From Blasia pusilla (lineage: Eukaryota): a stretch of DNA of 64,000 nucleotides. This document shows positions 26,601 to 37,716 of this stretch, piece by piece (positions within the stretch are counted from its first letter, which is position 1; every line of letters begins with the position of its first letter). Position numbers and translations under genes: made by a program. Location of the stretch: assembly GCA_050084515.1 (NCBI GenBank), contig CM114271.1, positions 186,001 through 250,000 of the forward strand. The letters are read 5' to 3'. Under the pieces are notes generated by a model, which saw only the letters and a list, made by a program, of their open reading frames with translations, ran no database searches and was not told where the DNA came from.

Positions 26601-28136
26601 AAGGAGCGAGAGGTTGAACAAAGTGAAATGGACTATCTCAACTGATACATTACAAGTGAGTAAGGCTTGAACAGGGAAAATGGGCTGAATGTATGTCTTT
26701 ATCTGAAGTGCAAGTAATCAAAGAAGGAGCGAGAACCTGGAAACAAGAAGGGAAATATTCCAATCTCTATAGTGAGTCTTCTGTCATGTGATGCGCCTAT
26801 GGAGTTTGTAAAGAAATGTTCCCTAATATTAGCTTCCTTTTTGAAGTAGAGGCAACCGTTGTAAAAAATGCATGAGGACTTTCTATTACATATAGGCAGG
26901 CAGTATGTGATGTCTTGGAGTATATTTAGCTCTAGTTGGTAGGGATTGTAAGTCATGCTATGGATAACTTGACCTTTTTCTTGGGCAGCTTTTTATGGAT
27001 GTTACCACTAATCCAGGAAGTACAACTAAACTTGCAGACGGATTGGGTAGTTCAAGAAGACATTTGTAGTCTTTCTAGAGGTCATTGATTGCAAAGTGGG
27101 TGAGAAGTACTTGCTTTAGACTATCAATAATAGCTTCAATCTTATCTCTTGATGCTGATTCCATATTCCAAGCAACAAGTGGGGAATCGATGAGTGATGC
27201 AGTGTGAGAAAAAAAAAAGTGACTAGATCACTGAAATCTTTACAAAACTTAGAGATACAAAGTGGCCTAGTTCGTCCGTACGCTCATAGAAGAGCTTCGA
27301 TGGAACCTGAAGATGCAGATAACTCGACATACGAGAATTCGCTACCGCTGCGGCTCTCGACTATTTCACTACTTGGGAAACTAGGATTATCTAACCCTAC
27401 ATTGCATCAGGGTGCCCCGCACCCGGGGCACCCTGATGCAATATAGGGTTAGATAATCCTAGTAATGCTACTCCGTAAACCACCTACGTCATATTACTAT
27501 GACTCCTTCGACGTCTAAGTCGGAACCATAAATCTAGGCTTCTCCTCATACAAGGGGGCCGATCAGATTAATGGTGTTCAGAGAAGTGGATGTTCAGAAT
27601 CCAACAATATGATTGAAGAATCCTTTGTGGAATCCATTAAATTTGTTGATAATACCAATTCTAGAGTCTACAATAGATAGTAGATGTAGATGAAATGGAT
27701 TGGGAGCTAATATGCTACGTATGTAAGCAAGAGTCATGTAGACATTTAAGCTAGTACATGGTTGATCATTGGTACAAAGATCACAGGCATAGAACTCTCC
27801 TTCCTTGGGAATAATGTACGGTGTAAGAAAACCATTACACAGAGCATAGGGAGGATAAGTGGTTGATTGTACAACGCACATTCGTGAACGTGGTGTTGAG
27901 TAAAGGACTACACCACAATACCCACAACATTGCATAGAGAGTATAAATGCATTGCAAATATCTTTCCCCTTAGATAATAAGGATTGTGCATTGGTCCAAT
28001 GGGAGCATACAAGCGTGCACTGGAGCTTTTCTTTGAGGATTTGTCGTGTACGGGCTGTTGGCCTGTGTGCTTTTAGGCGATTTTTGTGTGGTACAGTAAT
28101 TTGAGTTCTTTTGTTAGTATGAGGCCCGCAAGGCAT
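23690..28136 (-). pseudogene. Helitron Rep (HUH) / PIF1-like helicase, multiple stops and frameshifts, interrupted by a solo LTR
   Basis: Rep motifs GMPYFFLTLT, YDLQGRGSLHCHIIFW and YLVKYALK (25679-26527). Helicase motifs LTGSPSCGKSY and VATTGIAA (~24790-24900), LIIIDECSM, LVGDKAQLPPV, MRH..D.EYLAFLNIVR, and YAITAHK...FAPGLLYVMLSRV (~23760-23875). Cys-rich N-terminus at 27607-28136. Confidence 0.9.
27203..27606 (-). mobile_element. Solo LTR of the same Copia family as 43986-44432, inverted orientation
   Basis: Reverse complement is nearly collinear with 43986-44432 (TGTTGGATTCT...TTTTCTCACA). The flanks TGCAG and ATATG do not form a TSD. Confidence 0.9.
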
Positions 28137-28821
28137 GTTTCAATTTTTGAAAAAAATGGCGAGAGAGATAGACTGACATAGAGCTTGAGAGGGAGAGAGT
28201 AGTAGGGTGAGAGACAGAGAGATACAAATGGTGAGAGGTACACAAAGGAAGGAAAAAGGTAATGAACAGAAATAAGAGAAAATAAGGCGGTAGAGAGAGT
28301 TGAATAAACTTGATGAATTTAAAAAAAGTGAGAGAAATACATTGAGGGAGAGAGTGAGAGGAGGTGCGGTAAGAGGAGAGGAAGAGAGGAAGAGAGGAGA
28401 GAGGAAGCGAGGAGAGAGGAGAGAGGAAGCGAGGAGAGAAGAGAGAGGAAACTACCTTCAACCGAAAGAGATACTTTTTTTTGAAGAGAGTTTCCTTTGA
28501 TTTTAAGAGATTTTCCGTTGGGTTGAAGAGAGGAAACTTTTTGTGTGAATTTTTTTGCATTTTTTTGCTCAGTTATTAAGCAGTCCCACAGTTTTTTTTT
28601 CCTCTTCCATATTTTGGCAACCCATCTGAGTTCGACGAGTTGCAAATTGCACAAAATTTAGAAAACTGAAAAATCAGTGGAATCATAAGTGTGGAACCAA
28701 TCACTTTTTCCATCCAAGGTCCGGAAAAAATCTATCATTTGCCCTGGGCTGAATAGAGTTCAAGCTCAAAGTGAAGGTTCTGGAAAAATGAAAGTACAAT
28801 CTAAAACCTCATTTTGCATCC

Positions 28822-31800
28822 TCAAAGTGGTTTGTTTAAAATACTTGGCACTTTTTTGAGGGGCAGAATTGGTTGGTGGATTCCTACTCCTACCTCTGAC
28901 TCTCTTAAAACTACCAGTAACACATAGTACATATGCTTACAAGGGAAATACCTTTTGCCACTTGTCTCTCTTTGAACAAAGTCATCACATGAACATGTGG
29001 GAAAGCAACAGATGTGCACCACATACACCCCTGTGACACTTGAATTTACAGTGTTGTTCCTGACCCAATACATCCTTGCTATTCCATTCCCACTCTGGAC
29101 ATCTTTCGTGGCGATGATCTCCATTTTTGCTACCCGAGCTGATGCAATTCGCTTTGCTCTCTCCACCGTTGGCCTACATATTCTGTTTCTCTTCACCCCA
29201 TTTCTAGACTCAAACAGAAATAGTGGATTGAGATCATCCACCTTCTCCAGATACATGTTGACATCAATCTTGGGTTGAATACGAAATGCAAAGGTCTCTG
29301 TAATGCGAACATGCTCTAAACTTCCTCCTTCTATAAGTCTGAAACCAGCACTTGTAAGATTGTCCACTTCTTCTTGAGTGCAATTCGTACCTGCGGCGAT
29401 GGGCCAAATCATGGGGGTATTCCCCGGAGCTCCAATGGCAGCGGGATAAGACTTCCGGAAAGCGCAAGATTCATTTGGGCAAAAGAAGTACTTCAATTGA
29501 TCCCTGGAAATGTGAAACGATCAAAGGTTTTGATTCCCCAAAACCCAGGCAGTGGTCGTCCAGTCCTTGTACAGTTCTTATTTAGGAAAGTGCCGCATGC
29601 TCTCCTAATGCCATCAGATCCTGCCCTGCAAGTGGGTCCACGTCCGGGGTTGCTCTGAAATATATGCCAGCGTTTCAGGTTGCAATCCACCTCAATGACC
29701 GGAATCCCATATTGTTGAACCACCCCAGCGACCGGATGTTGCGAACTTCCAACAACGGAGGGCTTTTGAAATAAAAAATTCACTGATTTTGGAGAAGTTA
29801 CTCCATCACGGATCTGGGAGTAGTCCGGGATCCCCAAATACCTAGACAGCGTAGTTTCCTCATCCAAATCAATCACCGGATTCCTTCCTTGATGATGCCT
29901 CTTCACCTGCCTGAAGTCAAGATACTTATCTGGTCTTCACGAGTCTCGCTCGGACTGCTCTACCTCCATCTGTATGGGACGTCTGGAATCGCGCCCATGA
30001 ATTTCCCCACCAATGTTTACGTCTTGCTCAAGGGGAGTTCGTGGTACGCACCGGTTGAAGGCTTCCACATAGAGTTTTTCATCATTAGATCTCACAGCCG
30101 CCCTGACATAGAGCTCGTAGATCAAAGGCCCCCTTCCTTTTGTTATGCCTTTTGTGAGGAAGATATGGGATGTTGCAGATTGTAGCATTGCTCTTGCCTG
30201 GTCTTGTTGGCATGCTTCCACAAGTGAAATTCTTTGGCAAGCTTGTGACAACCTCCAGGAGGAATGAACACTTTCTGCTCCACTTGTGTTGGGGCAGAGG
30301 GCATTTTCATGAATGTTCAATCCCTGCAACGACGACAATGTGAGAAGGGAACAAAAATAGCTCAGAAGTCAAAGAAATAAGCTACCTGTCGGAACCACAT
30401 GGGTTGCAAGGCCGAGGCATCCCATGAACGACTCTGCGACCCGTCGGGTCTCGACGTGTTACAACACCCAGGAACCACCTATTGCAACCCGTCCTATTCC
30501 GACGGGTTGCAAGAACCTTTGGCCACTCTGGGCTGGAAGATCCAAGTGCAAGTCATCCGAAACCCATCTGGGTCAAACTGTTTCCAGGCCTTGTATACAT
30601 GCAACTTGCATACTTGTATATGAGTTGCACCAAAATTCTTGATGCAACCCGTCGGTTTCCGACTGGTTGCACACTCAGAAAACCCGTCCGTTTCTGACGG
30701 GTTGCACACTTGGGCAACCAGTCTGTTTCCGATGGGTTGCACATTCAGATAACCTGTCGCATCCGAAAAGTTTCTTGGTTTCTTCGGTTTGAAATCCCTA
30801 TAGTGTCCACACTTCTCAACTTGAGCTGCAACTTTTCCAACAATTCTCTGCGTGAGCTTGACAAGACGAAATAGTGAACTCACATGCCGTATGAAGTTTC
30901 CCCATTGTCTCATACGTACAGTCCACCAACTCAGCCAAGAGCACAATTCTTTGTACTTCCCCTTAATCGCATGCTTCCTCCACCACCCATGAAGTTCTTC
31001 TTGGCATTCCATGGTCCGTTTCAAGATTTTGCTGTCCTTACATCGTTGGAGTAGAGTGACATGCTCTGTCCTCTTATTCTCCTTGATGCAAGATTTGGTG
31101 TAACGGGTCACAGACTGTTGCCAATGGAAAGCATCCGACCTTTCCCTCTCCGGTTGAAACTCTCCACCCCAGAACACTTCCCTGATAGCAATCCACCCAG
31201 GTTGTGCATTGTCCGCCATGAACCCATAAATTTCCGGAGATAGCCTTTTGTTTTCCTTCACCACCTCCAATAAGAGTAACCAACACATCTTCAAACTGCC
31301 AACGTCTTCTGCTTTTACTTCACAGACAAATATAGTTTTGAGTCCCTTCTCCACATGGTCATAAACGTGAGCACCCATTGTCAACCATCCGTTCAGCACT
31401 CTGTAGCAAATATCAAAGCTTACCTAGCTGCCCTAAAAATCCTCCCCTTCCCTCATTCGATCTATAAGATCGAGGCCATTCGACGGACCTGTCGTTGATA
31501 TTTTGAAGATATAGACCCTGGATCCTTCACCTCCCTGGCCCATGAACTGCCATCTCTGAATGAATGGAAATATGGAGTTGGCCTTGATTCTGGAAATGGC
31601 ATCCATTTCGGCCATCTTTCCATCCAATACCCGTATTTGATGCAGCAAATTCCGGAAGCATTCAGGATCAACGAGCAATGTGAGATTTTCCCAAAGTTGT
31701 TTCTCCTCAGCAGCTGTGATCTCGCCCTGTCCAGGGATTCCAAGCAATTGTTCAAAAATTTGTGATGTTGTTGTGAGCTTGATCACTCCGGGCTTTGAAC

Positions 31801-32896
31801 CCGGAGAGTTTCTGTAGACCTCGGCCACTTTCTTCGCCACATCCTCCTTGATGTGTCTCTGAATTGCATCGGTCACAGGATGAGTGTGGGAGCCAACATG
31901 AACTGCCAACCTTGTGTACTCTGACGTGGAGCCCAAGTCGTGGACAATGAAAAATATGTTTGCAGGACACGCTCCAACGCAGAAAGGGGATGCCTGACAA
32001 TGAGGACATCGATGGCCTCCTGGCGGTATGGTGGCACCGACCTCATATGGAGTTTCTGCATTCTTGGGGGGGAATTTCGATGTATTGACCCGCCCGTTGC
32101 GCTCTAGATACGGGCATGCTGGATTTCTACACTCTAAGGCTCCAACGCATTGGCGGCGGGAGACAATCCAAGGACCATCTAGAATTGAAGCACTAGTCCG
32201 TTGAAGCTTGCACCATCGATGACAATCAGACTTTCTGTCCATACCCTTCAAGCGTCCTCCATCTTTCTTTTGAGCAAGAACAGCAAGTGGAGGCAACTCA
32301 AAAATGCAATTTCCATCGTACGTGGGCGGCAGCTCGTTGACAAGAATGTGCTTGAACATTTTCAAGGCTAGAGACGATAGCAAACTATTGCCTGATACTT
32401 GCAAGAGTAACGAGTAGGCGGACAGAGGGCCCGGTTGGTGTCCGATAGATCCATTGAGGCTGACGACATCCAAAATGTCTTCAGGAAGTACAACATTGTT
32501 ACGAGCGTGTGAAGTTGGAGTCGATGCCGAATCTATTGAGGTAGGAGTTGCAAACGCAGAGCTCGGTGCACTAGGAAATTCTTGACCATCTACTTGGGAA
32601 ACGGAGGAATTCAGATGCAAGCTGTAAACCCTGTAGTGACCATTTGCTAGAGGTAGGAGATTCCCTACTTTACGGCCTGCAATCACTGGCTGGACTATCT
32701 CACCTATTATGTCCTCCATACCGTCCATCCTAACATCCTTGGATACAAAGATGGTTCCAATTTGGAGAAGAAATCGAACTGAGAGAAAATTTTCATCCAC
32801 TGGTATGAAAGACTCACGAGCTTGCGGCCGAACGATTTCTGATTGAGGAAGGGTCGCTAGATGACTACCATAAGTGAGCTTCACATAATTCTCCAT
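28822..32896 (-). pseudogene. MULE-type DDE transposase with N-terminal GCM-like Zn domain and C-terminal SWIM Zn finger; 2 exons (intron 30324-30883); nonsense and frameshift lesions
   Basis: 31433-32896 and 30494-31399 share one frame, broken by two TAGs (DF*GS*VSFDICYRV). Catalytic candidates are SFD (31412-14), FMAD (~31212), DAFHW (MULE C/DxxH) and, after the phase-0 GTGAGT...TTGCAG intron, PNTSGAESVHSSW. SWIM: CSCDDF...PCKHMYYV. GCM-like: RRQCVGALECRNPACP...CPHC...C...GSHTHP. Confidence 0.85.
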
Positions 32897-32972
32897 TTCC
32901 GAAAGATTCCACTGGGAGGAGACTGAGAATAAGAATGAGGATAAAAATGGGAATGGGAATGAGAATGTTTAA

Positions 32973-32978
32973 TTTATA
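32973..32978 (-). promoter_or_regulatory. Candidate TATA box of the transposase gene
   Basis: TATAAA on the minus strand ~80 bp upstream of ATG 32896. Confidence 0.35.
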
Positions 32979-33399
32979 GTGAATAGGGACTCAGATTCTC
33001 CTAACAGAATATGACTGACAAGATGAAGTTTGGTACGTGAGATTGTCTGACATGATGGATTCAATTCTGTTGCAACTTGTCGGAGTCCGATGGGTTCTAG
33101 AATTTGGGAATCAGAGACGTGGGTTGGGAAGCACCCAATTCTAATTTTTTTTCCGTGTCCCAATACAAGTTGGAACCCGTCAAAGTCCATTGGGTTGGTA
33201 TCTGCTTCTTGCCGACCAATGGTCTTTTGAGTTGATTTTGCTAGCATCAAACACGAGACATCGCTTGCATTTGCTAAGGCAACCAATCGTTGGGGACTTT
33301 TGCAGGATTGTCCAACTCAGGGTAAATCTTGTGACCCGTCGGATTGCTAAGGGTTGCCTCGGAACTATGCATTGTCGCATTGTTACCCGAGGGATAGAA

Positions 33400-33880
33400 A
33401 AGCGTGCAACTTGTCGCTAATCGACGGGTTGCCCTGGTACCTCACCTATTACCCCAAGATAAGGGAAGCGTGCAATCTGTCGGATTCGGATGGGTTGCGC
33501 AAGTGCCTCACCTTGTAACGCTTACATGAAGGAAGCGTGCGACCCGTCGGCCTCCAACGAGTTGCGCGAGTGCCCCGCCTTCTTGCCTGAAGACGGCGGA
33601 GGCGCGCAACCCGTCGGCCTCAGACGGGTTGCGCAAGTGCCTCGCCTTGTAACGCTTACATAAAGGAAGCGTGCAACCCGTCGGCCTCCGACGAGTTGCG
33701 CGGGTGCCCCGCCTTGTTATCCCAAGACCCGTGCAACGCACCGGTCTCTGACGGGTTGCGCGGGTACCTCGCGTTGTTGCCCGAGGACGGCGGAGGCGGG
33801 AAACCTGTTGGTCTCCGATGTGTTTCCAAGATGGACGGATGCTTGGAACCCGCGGGAAGCGTGCAACCTGTCGGAGCCTT
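33400..33880. repeat. Array of palindromic repeats (~67-bp period) in the divergent intergenic region
   Basis: gcgtgcaacccgtcggcctc(c/a)gacg(g/a)gttgcgc units at ~33405, 33470, 33539, 33605, 33673, 33732 and further on. Confidence 0.8.
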
Positions 33881-33977
33881 CATGTTAGTGGTTTTCACGT
33901 CCAGACTTCCATAACGACCAACACGTCGCCGTCGGAACGACGATGCAACCCAACGGTCAGCCCAACGGCTCGAAAAG

Positions 33978-33985
33978 TATAAATA
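33978..33985 (+). promoter_or_regulatory. Candidate TATA box of the cargo gene
   Basis: TATAAATA ~240 bp upstream of ATG 34224, just downstream of the palindrome array. Confidence 0.4.
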
Positions 33986-35437
33986 GGCGAGGGTTCGCTC
34001 ATTTCCGGTTTTTCATTTCGCGAACTTAATTGCTCTTTTGCGCAGCTGCTGACCAGATACCAAGGGGCGCTTTACACGGCGACTCACCGCGAGACGATTC
34101 GAGCAAAAGATCGCGAGACGATTTAAGCGACTCATCAAGGTGACTCCTCAAGGCGACTCATCAAGGCGACTCATCGTGCACAGAAAGCAATTTCCTTGTC
34201 CATAGGAGGCATTTTCGGGAACAATGACAAGTAAAAAAACTCAAGCAAGCAAGGCTGGGAGCTTCACTCCCAAGTCCGGGACTCCTGCGTCACCATCTCC
34301 AGGGCCTCGTTCGGCCAATGAGATAAGGCATCAAGAGATCAAGGAGCGTGAAAGGGAAGCGGATATGCACAGGCAGGAGCTTCTTGCAAAATGTATTGAG
34401 GAGGCGCTCGAAAAACAGAACGCAGAGGCTGAGGCATCGCAGGCCTTGAAGAAAAGGATTGCCGAGGAAAAGCGTGAAAAGAAGCTTATGGACTCGTCGG
34501 TGAGGAGAGGAGAATTGGAAAAAGCTCAAAGGGAAAAAGCGATTGCGATTGAAGAAAGCCCGCCCATCCAACCGAAAGTGTTGAGATGCAAGAAATGTCC
34601 CTGATGAAGTCCGGGGACACAATCAATATAGCGGAAATGGCCGAAGTTCAAGTGACGGACGATGAGGCCATGAGGGCCACCAGCGTGGAGATGGTGGATA
34701 TCGCTGAAGAGTCAGGAGAGCGGTCTTCCTCGTCTCTTAGCCCGGCGGAAGAAATCGACCTCTATCGGACCGATGAGTTTCCAGTGGACTTGCGAGCTGC
34801 TGTCCCAGAGCAGTTGTCAGGCCAAGACACCAACCCAATCTTCGAGCGAGTAAGATACAATCTTTGTTCTTTGAGTTATGTGAAGGCCCATCTTGCAATT
34901 CATTGGCAATTGAGTGTAGTTTATTGACCTTGTCCCCGTTGTGATAGGTGGTAAAGCAATTGGCACTGATGGAGGGCCAGAACGCCCCGAGAATTCCACT
35001 TTTCCGATTCCGCACAATGGAGTACGTCTGCGAAATTCAATCTGACAAGAATATTGCAAAGTTGAAACAATCGGCAGCGACAATATCCTACGTCGACAAC
35101 TTCCCTCCGTTCTATGTTCAGCCTTACGATGAACATGGAACCCAAGCGCTGGTTACGGAGGAGGACTTGGAGGCGCTCGACACATTCGGGAGGATGAGAG
35201 AACAGGAATTCAGAAGGGCGATTGAGGGGACGGAATTCAGGTGGATGCAGAACCTGTATTTCTTCATATGGGATGAAAACCACAAGTTCATGGCGTGGAC
35301 CCACTTTGCAGAGGAGCGCCCAAACTCATTGGAGGCGCATTTTTGCGTAAAGGCAGTCGTGCTACATCCATACCCTCATCACATGGCGACGGTGGAGATG
35401 GCCATGCATGCCATGAACACTTAAGTTTCCTCTTGCT

Positions 35438-35980
35438 GCAAACCATCGGACTCGAACAAGTTGTTTGACTGCCGCTATTTTTTGGATGTTTTTGGTCGAA
35501 AGCAACTCGTCGGAGTTTGACGAGTTGCTCGATTGGCCGTTGTTTTAGGAAGGTTTTGGCCGAAAGAAACTCGTCAGAGTCCGACGAGTTGCTCGACTGG
35601 CCACTGTTTTAGGATGTTTTTGGCCGAAAGCAACTCGTCGGACTCTGACGAGATGCTTGACTGGCCGCTGTTTTAGGATTTTTTTGGCCGAAAGCAACTC
35701 GTGGGAGTCCGACGAGTTGTTCGACTGGATGCTGTTTTAGGATGTTTTTTTCCGAATGCAACTCGTCGGAGTCTGACGAGTTGCTCGACTGGCTGATGTT
35801 TTAGGATGTTTCTGGCCGAAAGCAACTTGTCGGAGTCCGACGAGTTGCTTGACCAGCCGCTGTATTAGGATGTTTTTGGCCGAAAGCAACTCGTCGGAGT
35901 CCGACGAGTTGCTCGACTAGCCGCTGTTTTAAGGGCGTTTTTGGCCGATAGCAACTCGTCGGAGTCCGAAAAGTTGCATT
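35438..35980. repeat. Intronic minisatellite: 9 x 64-bp units, each with the palindrome GCAACTCGTCGGAGTCCGACGAGTTGC
   Basis: Palindrome starts at 35438, 35502, 35566, 35630, 35694, 35758, 35822, 35886 and 35951. The linkers are near-identical (tcgactggccgctgttttaggatgtttttggccgaaa). Confidence 0.9.
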
Positions 35981-36684
35981 CGCAGGCACGGGAAGGTGAT
36001 CGGAGTAGGGGAGCTTGATTTTTGGCGTCAAATTGCAGCTTTAATTGAAATTGCGCAACCTGTCGGACTCCGACACGTTGATATGTTCACTTTTTTCGTG
36101 GAGACCACTCTCAAAATACAAATTATCTGACAACCCGTCGGAGTCCGACAGGTTGAAACCAGGCAATCACAAATCTGAATGCAATCCGCCGAACTCCGAT
36201 GGGTTGCAAAATTTAGCTTGTAGCTACCATTCCGACCATGAGCTGTGACGACCTGTCAAAGTCCGACGGGTCGCAAGAACCCATGTAGCTTGCAAAATTT
36301 CTTATATTGAGTTTGGATGTGCAGGATTGCATCCGAGGGGAATGTCACCCACCATTGGATCCAAGATTGCGTGAAGAAAGTGCCAACGACGCACCCGACA
36401 TAGTACAAGGGGTTCTTGGGCGACGCCCTTGTAAATGAGATGCTGGCAAAGGGGGCTCAAATAAAAAAAAAGACTTGGGCAAATAATTTTATTTCCCAAG
36501 ATGCAGCCATGACAATCCTTTGCTAGTCGAAGATACAGGCCACCAAGAAGAGCGCTTGATTGGAGCTGGAGCGGTGTCGTGTCGAGAATCTTTCTTCGAG
36601 CAAGGGCGGGCCTTCTAGCTGCGGTAGATGCGGTCGATGCAAGGTGAACTCTCTAATAAGTTCTCCTTTTCCAATACAAAATTA

Positions 36685-37716
36685 TGATGTACACTCTCCA
36701 TTCTCTCACGATAGGTATCACAAATGGAAGTGCCGAGGCGATCACTTCTTTGTAACATCGGACCCCGAAATTCCTAACTATAAAATCCCTATAAACTATT
36801 TTACGTTTGTACACGAGGAAGATAGCACAACTAGTGTTAAAACCTACTTGACCAGGCCTATTGACATCCATGGATCGCTATATAAGGACATACAAAGTAC
36901 AATCCCATGTCCTTCCATATGTGACGATAGGAAGAATCACCGGAGTTGGAGATTGCATGACCTGGTTCATGAACGCCTCCCCAAAGTAATAAACTAAATA
37001 GCAAGTGAACCAGTGCCTATCTACAAAGAGTACCTTGACATGGTAAGGATTGAGGAAAGGAAAGTCGGGCACAGCTCGTGCTCCACCCCTATCCATGCTT
37101 GACACACATTCTCTACTCTCCTCAAGAATGGGTTTTGGCGGAGTTATTCTCCCAAGAGGGGTAATCCACTCTCATTGGGGAAGTAACAAGCCAAAACTTC
37201 CGCTATTTTAGTATGACTAAACTCCTCTACGGTGACAAACCTCTCATCCCCACACACACACACCACATTCCAGAAATCTCTCAAAGAATAGACCATAGTC
37301 AAGTTACTCTCCCAAGAGGGGTGATCCACTCTCATTGGAAGAGCAAGCAATCCCAAAGCCATACACTCAAGAGAGACACGAGAGACTCAAGATGTGGAAT
37401 AGAAGGTGATGAACCCTTGAAGGTCCCTCCTCTTTATATACTCACAAGGATCCACAAGAGTATTTTAAATAGAACTTATCTTATCTTGTGCCACATGGCT
37501 TCCTCTCAAGGCTTAGCCAATCACATTTTGACACAAGTAGATTTCCTCTTATCTCTTCCAAAATATCCTCTTTTACCCACTTGATATTTTCCAAATTACC
37601 CCAACTAACCTAGCCACCAACCAAGACTACTTTTCCTTTTCATTAAAACAACTACTTTACTTTTATAAAATCATCTTTTATTTATTACCTCCTTTTCCTA
37701 AAGTTGGGCCCGCATA
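36685..37716. mobile_element. LTR-like insertion (probable solo LTR) inside the cargo gene; same family as 1710-3900
   Basis: Homologous to both halves of the repeat at 1710-3900 and separates coding blocks 36325-36643 and ~37810 onward. Exact ends and TSD uncertain. Confidence 0.6.

Larger units (their letters stand above)
20900..28580 (-). mobile_element. Helitron-like rolling-circle transposon (boundaries approximate)
   Basis: Contains the Rep-helicase pseudogene. Exact 5'-TC / 3'-hairpin-CTRR termini were not identified. Confidence 0.6.

Noticed and set aside
28114-28654. ORFs rich in L/S/F or R/E
   Set aside because: They derive from the CT/GA-rich leader upstream of the Helitron ATG, not from coding sequence.
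30494-30883. C-terminal 130 aa of ORF 30494-31399 as real protein
   Set aside because: It is read-through into a palindrome-rich GT-AG intron. Splicing 30883 to 30324 restores the transposase frame with the catalytic Glu.
35438-35980. CRISPR array (palindromic repeats with ~37-bp spacers)
   Set aside because: The spacers are near-identical to each other, there are no cas genes, and the array sits in a eukaryotic intron. It is a minisatellite.
36751-36757. TGTAACA as the LTR start
   Set aside because: Homology with the 1710-2140 copy extends ~50 bp further left, and both copies share the preceding TTCTT, so this is not an element boundary or TSD.
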